In this document: piece after piece, positions 9,397 to 19,267 of the stretch
Layout: each line of letters opens with the position of its first letter
Position numbering within the stretch: position 1 is the first letter of the stretch
DNA from: Candidatus Falkowbacteria bacterium HGW-Falkowbacteria-1
GTDB taxonomy: Bacteria > Patescibacteriota > Patescibacteriia > Patescibacteriales > UBA12465
Direction: 5' to 3'
Assembly: GCA_002840305.1 (NCBI GenBank)
Contig: PHAI01000002.1
Coordinates: 10,707 to 74,706 of the forward strand
Length of the DNA: 64,000 nucleotides
Notes under the pieces: generated by a model
What the model was told of the DNA's origin: nothing
What the model saw: only the letters and a program-made list of their open reading frames with translations
Database searches by the model: none
Program-made: the position numbers and the translations under genes

Positions 9397-10668
9397 ATGT
9401 TTGATAAAATAGTTAAAATTTGGAAAATTAGAGATTTAAGAAACAACATTCTTTTTGTTTTACTAATGTTGGCTATTTTTAGGCTTTTTGCTCACATTCC
9501 GGTTCCAGGTGTAAATTTGGCAGCGCTTAGAGACATTTTTTCATCAAATCAATTTTTAGGTCTTTTGAATGTTTTTTCCGGAGGTAGTATGGATAATTTT
9601 TCGATAGTTATGATGGGTATAGCTCCTTATATTACTTCTTCTATTATTTTCCAACTGTTAGGGATGATCGTGCCCAAGTTAGAGGAAATGCAAAAGGAAG
9701 AATCTGGAAGGCAAACTATAAATACATGGACCAGATTAGCAACCGTCCCATTGGCCTTTATTCAGGCCTATGGAATGATTACTTTGTTGAGAAGCTCTGG
9801 TGTTGGTGTTATGGATAACGTTGGTTTTCTTGATTTATTTATCATAATAATTACAGTTACGGCTGGAACGGTGTTTTTAATGTGGATTGGAGAGTTAATA
9901 TCGGAGAAAAAAATTGGAAACGGAATATCATTACTTATATTTGCTGGTATTATTGCTAGTCTTCCAACGGCCGTTCAAAGGGTTGTTTTTAGTTTTGATC
10001 AGTCACAATTATTTGTATTACTAGGATTCGTGTTTATAGCCTTGGTTACTGTGGTCGGTATCGTTATTATTAACGAAGGACAAAGAAATATTCCCGTTCA
10101 ATACGCCAGACAGATAAGGGGAAGTAGGGCTTTTGGAGGCACTAGCACTCACTTACCGCTTAGAGTAAATACCGCCGGTGTTATACCTATTATCTTTGCT
10201 ATTTCCGTTATTGTTTTCCCTTCAATGATTGCCCAATTTTTCGTCTCGTCTAAATTTGCCATATTGGCAAATATCTCTAGATGGACGATAAGCTTTTTGG
10301 AAAACCAATTTTTTTATGGCTTAGTTTATTTCTTATTAGTTGTTGGCTTTACATATTTTTATACAGAAATAGTGTTTAAGCCAGATCAAATTGCTGAAGA
10401 TTTACAAAAACAAGGTGGTTTTATTCCTGGTATAAGGCCAGGCAGGCATACAGGCGAATATCTACAGGGTATTAGCAGAAGAATTCTTTTAACCGGTTCA
10501 TTGTTTCTTGGTTTGATTGCTATTTTGCCATTAGTGATGAAATATTTTACTGGAATGCAATCATTGGCTATTGGCGGTACAAGCATGTTAATTGTGGTTT
10601 CGGTTGTTATTGAAACGGTGAAGCAGATAGAGGCCCAAATTAGCATGAGGGATTATGATGGCGTGTAA
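9397..10668 (+). CDS. secY: Preprotein translocase SecY
   Basis: GIAPYITSSII, IGNGISLLIF, FIPGIRPG, GGTSMLIVV. Confidence 0.99.
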   Translation: MFDKIVKIWKIRDLRNNILFVLLMLAIFRLFAHIPVPGVNLAALRDIFSSNQFLGLLNVFSGGSMDNFSIVMMGIAPYITSSIIFQLLGMIVPKLEEMQKEESGRQTINTWTRLATVPLAFIQAYGMITLLRSSGVGVMDNVGFLDLFIIIITVTAGTVFLMWIGELISEKKIGNGISLLIFAGIIASLPTAVQRVVFSFDQSQLFVLLGFVFIALVTVVGIVIINEGQRNIPVQYARQIRGSRAFGGTSTHLPLRVNTAGVIPIIFAISVIVFPSMIAQFFVSSKFAILANISRWTISFLENQFFYGLVYFLLVVGFTYFYTEIVFKPDQIAEDLQKQGGFIPGIRPGRHTGEYLQGISRRILLTGSLFLGLIAILPLVMKYFTGMQSLAIGGTSMLIVVSVVIETVKQIEAQISMRDYDGV

Positions 10669-10691
10669 ATTATAGTTTTAATTATATCTTT

Positions 10692-10719
10692 AAAAACAAG
10701 GATTTTACCTTGTTTTTTT
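10692..10719 (+). terminator. Intrinsic terminator after secY
   Basis: AAAAACAAGG-attttA-CCTTGTTTTTTT. Confidence 0.75.
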
Positions 10720-10806
10720 GTTCTTTTTTTGTTATAATTTATTTATATAGAACAATATAAAAAAATTTGAGTAGTTAAGATTTTTAGAAAGATTAGTTAA
10801 AATTTT

Positions 10807-11094
10807 ATGTTATCAAAAAAATTACCCACAGGAGGGAGCTCTTTCAAAATATCCGGAACAGGAGGCTTTGAAAGAAAGTTTTTTAATTTGGTTAATTATG
10901 GTCAGTTCTCAAGTCTGAAAAATAACAGAGAAATAGCCATAAAAATTTTTAAAGGTCTAGTCCCAACTATAAAAAGAGATGGTAAAATTCCGTTATCAAC
11001 TAGGATCAGGGCTGTTAGTGAGTTTGATAAATACCCAAATACTACTCGCCAGGACGTCCTTAATTTTAAGAAAATATTAGAATTTTATAAATAA
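10807..11094 (+). CDS. Small basic hypothetical protein
   Basis: 95-aa ORF ending 5 bp before the antiporter start; no recognised motif. Confidence 0.6.
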   Translation: MLSKKLPTGGSSFKISGTGGFERKFFNLVNYGQFSSLKNNREIAIKIFKGLVPTIKRDGKIPLSTRIRAVSEFDKYPNTTRQDVLNFKKILEFYK

Positions 11095-11099
11095 AGAGT

Positions 11100-12062
11100 A
11101 TGGTATTGGATATTATTTTCTTGCTTGTCGGTTTTGTTTTGTTGATTAAGGGAGCTGATATTTTAATTGATGGTTCATCTTCAATTGCCAAAAAGTTTGG
11201 TTTGTCAAATCTGATGATCGGTTTAACCATTATTGCTTTCGGAACTTCAGCACCAGAGCTTGTGGTTAATATAATGGCCTCAATTAATGGCAATTCTGAT
11301 ATTGGAATGGGTAATGTTGTTGGTTCAAATATAGTAAATATTTTACTTATTTTGGGCTTAGCGGCTATCTTCTCTAATTTAAAGGTTGATAGTTCGATTA
11401 TTAAAAAAGAAATTCCTTTTTCAATTTTGTCAGCTATTGTTTTATTTGTTCTTGTTAATAGTGTTTTTATAAATGGTGTTGGTGAAAACGGCTTGTTCAG
11501 ATCGGGGGGGCTAATATTGATTTCTTTTTTTGTTATTTTTCTTTTTTATATTTTTAGTATTCCCAAAGAAAGGAGAGATAACCGTGAGGCAGAAAAAATT
11601 AAAGAGGTTAAAAATTGGAAGTCTATTTTAATGATTTTTGGTGGAATATTGGCATTGTTTTTTGGTGGCAGATTTATTGTTGATAGTGCCGTTAATATTT
11701 CTCGATTCTTTGGCTTGAGCGATGCTTTGATTGGCTTGACGATTGTCGCTATTGGCACATCTCTCCCAGAATTAGCGGCATCCATTGCAGCTGCTTTAAA
11801 AAATCAGGCTGGAATGGTGATTGGCAATGTTATCGGCTCTAATATTTTCAATATTTTATGGGTTTTAGGGCTTAGCTCGGTTATCAGTCCGATAGCTTAT
11901 AACCCCGTTATGAATTTTGATATCTTTTTCTTAATTTATATAAGTATTTTATTGGTGCCCTTAATCTTTATAGGTAAAAAAGGACATTTCACTAGAGCGG
12001 AGGGGGCGATTTTGGTTTTTTTATATTTTGCTTATTTAACTTTTGTTATTATTCGTGGTTAA
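11100..12062 (+). CDS. Ca2+/Na+ antiporter (YrbG-like, CaCA family)
   Basis: Two alpha repeats GTSAPE/GTSLPE and GNVVGSN/GNVIGSN; about 10 TM segments. Confidence 0.93.
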   Translation: MVLDIIFLLVGFVLLIKGADILIDGSSSIAKKFGLSNLMIGLTIIAFGTSAPELVVNIMASINGNSDIGMGNVVGSNIVNILLILGLAAIFSNLKVDSSIIKKEIPFSILSAIVLFVLVNSVFINGVGENGLFRSGGLILISFFVIFLFYIFSIPKERRDNREAEKIKEVKNWKSILMIFGGILALFFGGRFIVDSAVNISRFFGLSDALIGLTIVAIGTSLPELAASIAAALKNQAGMVIGNVIGSNIFNILWVLGLSSVISPIAYNPVMNFDIFFLIYISILLVPLIFIGKKGHFTRAEGAILVFLYFAYLTFVIIRG

Positions 12063-12074
12063 TAAAATTAAAAA

Positions 12075-12911
12075 ATGATTGAATTAAAAACTTTAGAAGA
12101 AATAAAAATATTAAGACAGGGTGGAAAAATATTAGCTGGTGTTTTGGATGAGTTGGTTAAATTATCTAAGCCTGGGGCAAATACTGAAGATTTGGAGAAT
12201 TTGGCCTTGAAATTGATTTCTGTTGCTGGCGGAAGACCGTCTTTTAAGGATTATTCTATGGGTGGAAATATTTTTTTTCCATCTGCTTTGTGCGTGTCTA
12301 TAAACAAAGAAGTTGTTCATGGGGCTTCTTTGCCTAATAGAATTTTAAAATCGGGAGATATAGTTGGGCTAGACATAGGAATGGAATGGCCCATTCAGAG
12401 TAAGGAAGAGGCTGAAAAAAATAATATACCATTTAATCATCGATCTGAGGGTGGCGGTTTTTATACTGATATGTGTAGGACTGTGGCTATTGGTAAAATA
12501 TCAAAAGAAGCTAGAAGGCTTATTAATGTTTCCAGGGAAGCTTTAATGCTTGGCATATCCCAAGCTAAGGCTGGCAATACTATAAATGATATTGGAAGAG
12601 CTGTTGAAACTTTTGTTCAAAAAAATGGTTTTAGCGTTGTTAGGGATTTGGTTGGGCATGGTGTTGGCTATATGGCTCATGAAGCTCCAAATGTTTTTAA
12701 TTATGTTATAAACGAAAAAGATAGCGAAAATATAGAGCTAAAGTCTGGTATGGTTATAGCTATTGAACCGATGATTAATGTTGGTAGGTTTAATGTAAAA
12801 GTTGCTAACAATAACTATACTTTTATAAGCTCGGACGGATCCCTAAGCTCTCATTATGAACATTCTATCGCTATAACAGATAGTGGTAATATTATTTTAA
12901 CCGAAAACTAA
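12075..12911 (+). CDS. map: Methionine aminopeptidase type I
   Basis: CVSINKEVVHG, VGHGVG, AIEPM, HYEHS. Confidence 0.96.
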   Translation: MIELKTLEEIKILRQGGKILAGVLDELVKLSKPGANTEDLENLALKLISVAGGRPSFKDYSMGGNIFFPSALCVSINKEVVHGASLPNRILKSGDIVGLDIGMEWPIQSKEEAEKNNIPFNHRSEGGGFYTDMCRTVAIGKISKEARRLINVSREALMLGISQAKAGNTINDIGRAVETFVQKNGFSVVRDLVGHGVGYMAHEAPNVFNYVINEKDSENIELKSGMVIAIEPMINVGRFNVKVANNNYTFISSDGSLSSHYEHSIAITDSGNIILTEN

Positions 12912-12912
12912 T

Positions 12913-13326
12913 ATGAAAAATTATTTGGGGATTGATTGGGGCGAGAAAAGAATTGGTTTGTCTTTGGCGGATAGTGAAAACAATACTGCGACTCCCTTTA
13001 AAACCGTAAATAATTTGAGCGAGTTAGTTGAGACAATAAAAAGCGAGAATTTAAATTGTTTGGTCATAGGACAGCCTAAGAGCCTGGAAGAGGGAGAGGT
13101 TAGAAATCGAAAATTTACTAAGTTTATTAATATTTTAGAAGAAAGGATTAAAGGGCTTAATTTGGATGTTTTCTTTGTTGACGAGAGGTTTACCAGTCTG
13201 GAGGCTGATTCTATCATGAATAAAAAATTAAACAATAATCGTGATTCTTTGTCTGCCATGATTATTCTTCAAGCTTATTTAGATAAATTGCAATATGATA
13301 AGAACAAGGGCCATAGTTTTAAATAG
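12913..13326 (+). CDS. ruvX: RuvX/YqgF family nuclease
   Basis: LGIDWGEKRIGLS, VDERFTS, DSLSAMIILQ. Confidence 0.93.
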   Translation: MKNYLGIDWGEKRIGLSLADSENNTATPFKTVNNLSELVETIKSENLNCLVIGQPKSLEEGEVRNRKFTKFINILEERIKGLNLDVFFVDERFTSLEADSIMNKKLNNNRDSLSAMIILQAYLDKLQYDKNKGHSFK

Positions 13327-14026
13327 AGTTGATTTTAGAGAAAGTGATAGCTTGGTTTCTTTTTATACTCTGGACTTTGGCAAAATAACGCTTGTCGCCA
13401 GAGGCACAAAAAAACAGGCTTCAAAATTAGTGGCTCATTTAGAGCCTTTTAATTTTGTTGACTTAATGATGATTAAAAATAAAAATGGAAATTCGGTTGG
13501 TAGCGTTATTAGTAAAAACTCTTTTTTAAACATAAAAAGCGACCTTAACTCTATTTATATAAGTGGCAAATTATTTCATTTTTTTAATAATTTGAGCAGG
13601 GAGGGGCAACAAGATTTTGATTTATTTTTTTTCTTAAATGATTTTTTAAAAAGTATTAACGGTAATGGACATAAGATTGAAAAGTTTGGTGGTGATCATT
13701 TGGATTTTTTAGTAGATGTTTTTAAGTTCAAACTTTTATCGATACTTGGTTATTCTTTTCATATTAATTCTTGTGTTGAATGCGGCAAGGATAAACATTT
13801 AGATTTCTTGAACTTTCTTAAGGGGGGAGTTATTTGTCAGGCTTGTTATGATAAAGATCTTTTGACAAATGGATTCAAAAAAAATGACTATATTGGATTG
13901 AGCAAAGAACTTTTAAGTGCCAAAAAAGCCCTTGTTTCGTCTGATTTTGATAGTATTTTAGATATCCAACTAGATAAAAGTTTGCATAATTTAATCAAAA
14001 AGAAGATATTGTTTCTTAATATTTAG
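13295..14026 (+). CDS. recO: DNA repair protein RecO
   Basis: N-terminal OB fold (ESDSLV...GKITLVARG); CVEC...CQAC zinc finger. Confidence 0.9.
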   Translation: MIRTRAIVLNRVDFRESDSLVSFYTLDFGKITLVARGTKKQASKLVAHLEPFNFVDLMMIKNKNGNSVGSVISKNSFLNIKSDLNSIYISGKLFHFFNNLSREGQQDFDLFFFLNDFLKSINGNGHKIEKFGGDHLDFLVDVFKFKLLSILGYSFHINSCVECGKDKHLDFLNFLKGGVICQACYDKDLLTNGFKKNDYIGLSKELLSAKKALVSSDFDSILDIQLDKSLHNLIKKKILFLNI

Positions 14027-14149
14027 TCTTTAAATGGCAAGTCTATTGATAAAACTGTCAAAATAGATTAAAATATAAATATAAGGGATTTTCCTTGTAA
14101 ATGCCTTATTTTTTCTTTGTTTTCGAGTGTTTTTACCTATATATTACAT

Positions 14150-14881
14150 ATGATTGATATAAAATTAGACAAGTTTCAGGGCCCATTATCATTGCTTTTG
14201 AGAATAATAGAAAAGGAGGAACTGGATATAACCTCTATTAATCTGGCTAAAATAGCTAATGAGTATTTGGATTATATAAAAAATTCTGAGAATATTTTGC
14301 CAGAAAGAATGGCTGATTTTTTGTTAATGGCTAGTAAGCTTTTGTATATAAAATCAAAGGCGCTTCTGCCTTATCTATTTAACGAAGAAGATGAAGGGGA
14401 GATAGAAGACCTAGAAAAACAGTTAAAAATGTATAAAGAGTTTGTTGACTTAAGTCATAAGATACAAAAGATAATTGGTAAAAAAAGGTTTTCATTCTCC
14501 AGAATTTTGAATAAAAACAATCGACGGTTTTCTTTTTTGGGTGATTATTTTTTTCCACCTAAGAATATCAAGCAAGACGATCTTAAAAATTCCTTTTTAA
14601 AAATTTTAGATAGAATAGAAAAAGAGGATGAAAAGCTGGAGGAGGAAACAATAAAGGCGGAAGTTAGCATCGAGGAGAGAATTTCTTTTATAAAAAATTT
14701 AATAAATCAAAAGATAAAAATTAATTTTACTAGAATTTTGAAGGAAGCAAAATCTAAAACGGAAATTATAGTCAATTTTTTAGCAGTGTTGGAATTGTCT
14801 AAGCAGAGGCAGTTAATTTTTCAACAATCAGAATTATTTAGCGACATTTATTTAGAGAGTGATCGGGAAGAGAATTTATAA
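14150..14881 (+). CDS. scpA: Segregation and condensation protein A (ATG 14150 preferred over TTG 14117)
   Basis: FQGPLSLLL, FLLMASKLLYIKSKALLP, FLAVLEL. Confidence 0.93.
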   Translation: MIDIKLDKFQGPLSLLLRIIEKEELDITSINLAKIANEYLDYIKNSENILPERMADFLLMASKLLYIKSKALLPYLFNEEDEGEIEDLEKQLKMYKEFVDLSHKIQKIIGKKRFSFSRILNKNNRRFSFLGDYFFPPKNIKQDDLKNSFLKILDRIEKEDEKLEEETIKAEVSIEERISFIKNLINQKIKINFTRILKEAKSKTEIIVNFLAVLELSKQRQLIFQQSELFSDIYLESDREENL

Positions 14882-14914
14882 AAATAATTTAGTCAAACAT
14901 TTAATATTAAGTTT

Positions 14915-15505
14915 ATGAATATTAAAAGATCAATAGAGTCACTGCTTTTTGTTTCTCCCAAGCCTTTATCTTTGAAAGAGCTATCGGATGTGCTGGGCGT
15001 AGAGATTGTTGATTTAGAACCAGAGATTAAAGACCTTATGGACGATTATAGCAAGAATGACAGAGGGATATTAATTATTGAAAATTCCAAGAAATACCAA
15101 ATGTCGAGTTCGCCGGAGAGTGCTGAGATTGTTCAAAAATTTATGCAAAGTGAAGTAAGCGGAGAGCTTACTCCTGCCAGCTTAGAAACCTTGACTATTA
15201 TCGCTTATCGAGGGCCTGTTAAAAAAAGAAATATAGAGAAAATAAGGGGGATAAATTGTAGTTTAATACTAAAAAATCTTTTAATTAGAGGATTAATTGA
15301 AGAGAAGTCGGCAGATGAACCAGAAGATAATGAATATTCAGTAAGTTTGGATTTTATTAGATTTTTGGGTGTGTCAAAGTTAGACGAATTGCCAGATTAT
15401 GAGAAATTCAATAAAAGCGAAGATATCGAAAGAATATTAAATGAAAATAAAGTTAGCCTTAATTTAAACGAAGAAGCAGTTGATTCTGATATTGAAAAAA
15501 TATGA
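14915..15505 (+). CDS. scpB: Segregation and condensation protein B
   Basis: IESLLF, LETLTIIAYRGP, IRGIN, LDELP. Confidence 0.95.
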   Translation: MNIKRSIESLLFVSPKPLSLKELSDVLGVEIVDLEPEIKDLMDDYSKNDRGILIIENSKKYQMSSSPESAEIVQKFMQSEVSGELTPASLETLTIIAYRGPVKKRNIEKIRGINCSLILKNLLIRGLIEEKSADEPEDNEYSVSLDFIRFLGVSKLDELPDYEKFNKSEDIERILNENKVSLNLNEEAVDSDIEKI

Positions 15506-16401
15506 TTAGTTCATTGTTTTTTTACATAATAAGCAGTCTGTTGTTTTCCAATATTTCTTGGCCAGTTTTAAATTTGGAAAATCATGGGCAAGTAATTAAA
15601 AGATGGGAAACGGAGTCTTTTGGTCAGAGGTTAAAAGAGATGGAAACTTTAGATCTTTCAGCTCATAGTGTCGCTGTTTTAGATTTGGATTCGGATTTTT
15701 TTGTTTTTGAGAAAAATTCCGACGAATCTTTGCCAATAGCCAGCATTAGCAAGCTTATGTCGGCCTTGGTTTTTATGGACCTAGATATTGACTTCGATGC
15801 TTATTATAAAATTAAGCAAGACGATCGTCGCTTAGGAGGTAGAGATTATCTATTTTTAGGTGAGGAAGTAAAGAATATTGATTTACTAGCTTTAGCACTT
15901 ATTGCTTCTGACAATACGGCGGTTATCGCCCTGATTAGTTCTTCTGGAATAAGCGAGGAGGAATTTGTCTCTAGAATGAACGAGAAGGCAAAAGAAATGA
16001 AATTGTATAAGACTTACTTTGAAGATCCTACTGGACTTAGCTACAAAAACGTTTCTAGCGCTAAAGAGGTAGCCCTAATTGCAAGAGAAGCTTTGAGCAG
16101 GAAAGAAATAGTTGATTTATCAAGACTTTATGAATATAGTTTTGAGACTAAAAATGGCAGGAAAAAGAATATTAATTCTACCAACGAACTCCTTCTAGGC
16201 CTGAAAGATACAGGTATTAAAGGAAATGTTATTGCTGGAAAAACTGGCTACAATGATTTAGCTGGCTATTGCTTGAGCCTTGATTTTTCTCTAGAAGGCG
16301 GACAAAAATTCATAAGTGTTGTGTTGAATTCGTCGAGTATTAAAAATAGATTTTTAGATACAGAAAAAATTGCAGAAAAAATTGACAGCATTTATAAATA
16401 A
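15502..16401 (+). CDS. Peptidase S11 (D-Ala-D-Ala carboxy/endopeptidase)
   Basis: SISK (SxxK), SDN (SxN) and KTG motifs; hydrophobic N-terminus. Confidence 0.9.
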   Translation: MISSLFFYIISSLLFSNISWPVLNLENHGQVIKRWETESFGQRLKEMETLDLSAHSVAVLDLDSDFFVFEKNSDESLPIASISKLMSALVFMDLDIDFDAYYKIKQDDRRLGGRDYLFLGEEVKNIDLLALALIASDNTAVIALISSSGISEEEFVSRMNEKAKEMKLYKTYFEDPTGLSYKNVSSAKEVALIAREALSRKEIVDLSRLYEYSFETKNGRKKNINSTNELLLGLKDTGIKGNVIAGKTGYNDLAGYCLSLDFSLEGGQKFISVVLNSSSIKNRFLDTEKIAEKIDSIYK

Positions 16402-16409
16402 TTTTTATT

Positions 16410-16868
16410 ATGTATCAAAAACTAAAGTTTTTAGTATTTTCATATTTTCCCATTACCTTTAAGATTTTAAAATTAGGGAAAGTTTATGTAAAGTTTTTTG
16501 TTACCGGATTTTTTACCTTGATTTTAGATTTAATTTTTTTATTTTTGTTTTACGATATTTTTGATTGCGACATTTTAGTGTCGACAGCCATTGCCTTTAT
16601 TCTATCTTTTGTTTTTAATTTTTTCGTTCATAAATTTTGGACATTCAGAAATGATAATTTAAAATATATTTACAAACAAATTTTGTATTATATGTTTATT
16701 GCTCTTTTGAATTTAGGTATAAATATTAAGTTGATGCACATTTTTGTAAATAATATGGATTTCAATTATCTTTTATCTCAAATCGCAACTACAATTTTAA
16801 TTGGTATAGAAAGTTTCTTTGTTTATAACTTTGTTATTTTCAATAAAAATAAAGGGTGTAAAAATTAA
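16410..16868 (+). CDS. GtrA family membrane protein
   Basis: 4 TM segments; FNFFVHKFWTF motif. Confidence 0.85.
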   Translation: MYQKLKFLVFSYFPITFKILKLGKVYVKFFVTGFFTLILDLIFLFLFYDIFDCDILVSTAIAFILSFVFNFFVHKFWTFRNDNLKYIYKQILYYMFIALLNLGINIKLMHIFVNNMDFNYLLSQIATTILIGIESFFVYNFVIFNKNKGCKN

Positions 16869-16879
16869 TTTTTTTTAAA

Positions 16880-17383
16880 ATGAAATTTTTGGTCGTAGCA
16901 AGTAAATATGAAGATTTAAAAAATGTAACTCGTCATTTTGGTTATGCGGCTATTTTTGATAAAAGAAGCGGTCAGGAAAGCTTTGTTAGGCGATTGGGCG
17001 ATGGTTATTATCCTCGTTTTCATCTTTATTTAGAGGAAAAAGGGGCAAATGTAGCCTTCAGTTTACACTTAGATCAGAAAAAGGCTAGCTATCAGGATCA
17101 ACATATGCATAGCGCTGAGTACGATGGTGATTTAGTTGAAAATGAAATAAACGATTTAAAAACTTTTGTCGCAAATAACGGTTTTAATATAAATTTTAAT
17201 AATTCTATGGAAGCGAACAAAGAAGAGTTGCCAGATAGTTCAAAGCAAGCAGATGACCATGGTCATGAACCTGAGTTTAGGGCCGAAGATGTTTTGAATA
17301 ATCTTGAAGCCGGAGATTTAGATAGAGATTTAAATAATTTTCAAAAGAATAAAGTTAAAAAAAGTTTTTTTACTATTTTTTAA
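16880..17383 (+). CDS. Hypothetical protein upstream of dnaG
   Basis: 167-aa ORF tightly packed in the operon; YPRFHLY...LHLDQK...HSAEY core. Confidence 0.75.
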   Translation: MKFLVVASKYEDLKNVTRHFGYAAIFDKRSGQESFVRRLGDGYYPRFHLYLEEKGANVAFSLHLDQKKASYQDQHMHSAEYDGDLVENEINDLKTFVANNGFNINFNNSMEANKEELPDSSKQADDHGHEPEFRAEDVLNNLEAGDLDRDLNNFQKNKVKKSFFTIF

Positions 17384-17389
17384 ATTTTT

Positions 17390-19249
17390 ATGAATCATTC
17401 CGAAGAAATAAAAGCCAAATTAGATATTGTTGATGTTGTTTCTGGATATTTAAATTTAAAAGCCGCCGGATCAAACTTTAGGGCGACATGTCCTTTTCAT
17501 AACGAAAAAACTCCGTCTTTTATGGTTTCTCCAGAAAAACAAATTTGGCATTGTTTTGGCTGTGGCAAGGGGGGTGATATATTTTCTTTTGTAATGGAGA
17601 TGGAGGGTTTGGATTTTGTGGAGACTATAAAGTTGTTAGCTCCTAAGGCTGGAGTTATTTTGGATGATAAAGATTTTTCTCAAGATAAAAATAAAAATAG
17701 ATCGTTAGAGATTCTTGAACTTAGTCAGAAATACTATAATTTTATTTTAACTAATGAAAAAAATAAAAATGATAACATAATAAAGATTAGAGAATATTTG
17801 CTCGGTCGAGGTTTAGATTTGGAGGCTATAAATAGATGGGGTATAGGTTACAGCTTAAATAGCTTTGATGATTTGAGCAATTTTTTAAAAAGCAAAAAAT
17901 TTACTGAAAATGAAATATTTCTAAGTGGGATGTCAGTTAAAAACGAAAAGGGTAGACACTATAATCGTTTTAGAGATCGTATAATGTTTCCTATTAAGGA
18001 CGTTAGCGGAAGGACCTTGGCTTTTACTGCCAGAGTGAACCCCTTTGCCGAAAACAATGATAAATCAATGGGAAAATATATAAATAGCCCTCAAACTACA
18101 CTTTATGATAAAAGTCGTATTTTGTTTGCCTTGGATAAGGCTAAAATGGCTATTAAAGAAAAGGGTTTTGTAATTATAGTTGAAGGTCAAATGGATGCTA
18201 TAACGGCTCATGAGGCTGGTTTTAAGAACCTTGTAGCCTCTTCTGGCACCGCATTGACAATAGCGCAGCTCAATCTGATAAAGAGATATACAAACAACCT
18301 AGTATTGTCTTTTGATCAGGATTTAGCCGGTTTAGCAGCCACCGACAGAGGAGTGGCTGAAGCTTTAAAAATGGGCCTAAATTTAAAGATAATATCATTT
18401 GAGGGGATTGGTGCCAAGGACCCAGATGAGATTATTAGGCAGAATCCAGAGGCATTTAAACGGGCTGTGGATAACGCTAAAAATATCATAGATTATTATT
18501 TGACCGAAGAGTCAAAAAATGTTGATTTGTCAAAACCAGAGTTAAAAAACAAATCTGTTCACAAGATATTAACAGTGATAAATATGTTGTATAATAAAGT
18601 TGAACAGGATTTTTGGTTAAAAGAATTGAGCCAAAAGTATGATGTTAATGAGGACTCATTAAGAGAAGAAATACTAAAAATAGGCAAAAAGGACAATAAA
18701 ACGAACATTTCTGCAAGTACCAAGAATAAGGGAAAAAATTTTATACAGCAAGAGAAAGCAGATGCAAAGAGTAGGGACGACAAACTTTTTGAACTTTTGT
18801 TAGCTCTAATCTTTAGATTTCCACAGATTTTTGATTATGTTGTCAATAATTTAAATCTGGAGTATATATTGGAAAAATATCGAAAACTTTACGATTTGAT
18901 GCTTGTTTATTATAATGAAAATAATAAAAAACTTGATTATAATCAGTTTTTAGCATATATTAGTACTAAGGAAGATTATCAGGACGCAAGCTTTTCAATC
19001 TTTTTAAATAAGATAGGTCTTTTGGCTGATTTTTATCTACAGGAACAAGACGATAGTGATCTTGAAAATAAAATAAAAAAAGAGGTAACCGGTATAATTT
19101 TGGAAATTAAAAAGCTTTATTACAAGAATTTGGTAAGAAATAAAAAAGAAGAATTGATTTTATTAGAAAAGAGAAATGACAAGGACGAAATCTCCGGAGT
19201 GATGAATGATTTGAAAAGTTTAAGCGAAGAATTAAAAAAATTAGAATAA
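17390..19249 (+). CDS. dnaG: DNA primase
   Basis: CPFHNEKTPSF, HCFGC, KYINSPQT, VEGQMD, FDQD. Confidence 0.98.
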   Translation: MNHSEEIKAKLDIVDVVSGYLNLKAAGSNFRATCPFHNEKTPSFMVSPEKQIWHCFGCGKGGDIFSFVMEMEGLDFVETIKLLAPKAGVILDDKDFSQDKNKNRSLEILELSQKYYNFILTNEKNKNDNIIKIREYLLGRGLDLEAINRWGIGYSLNSFDDLSNFLKSKKFTENEIFLSGMSVKNEKGRHYNRFRDRIMFPIKDVSGRTLAFTARVNPFAENNDKSMGKYINSPQTTLYDKSRILFALDKAKMAIKEKGFVIIVEGQMDAITAHEAGFKNLVASSGTALTIAQLNLIKRYTNNLVLSFDQDLAGLAATDRGVAEALKMGLNLKIISFEGIGAKDPDEIIRQNPEAFKRAVDNAKNIIDYYLTEESKNVDLSKPELKNKSVHKILTVINMLYNKVEQDFWLKELSQKYDVNEDSLREEILKIGKKDNKTNISASTKNKGKNFIQQEKADAKSRDDKLFELLLALIFRFPQIFDYVVNNLNLEYILEKYRKLYDLMLVYYNENNKKLDYNQFLAYISTKEDYQDASFSIFLNKIGLLADFYLQEQDDSDLENKIKKEVTGIILEIKKLYYKNLVRNKKEELILLEKRNDKDEISGVMNDLKSLSEELKKLE

Positions 19250-19267
19250 ATAAAATAATTAAAATAT

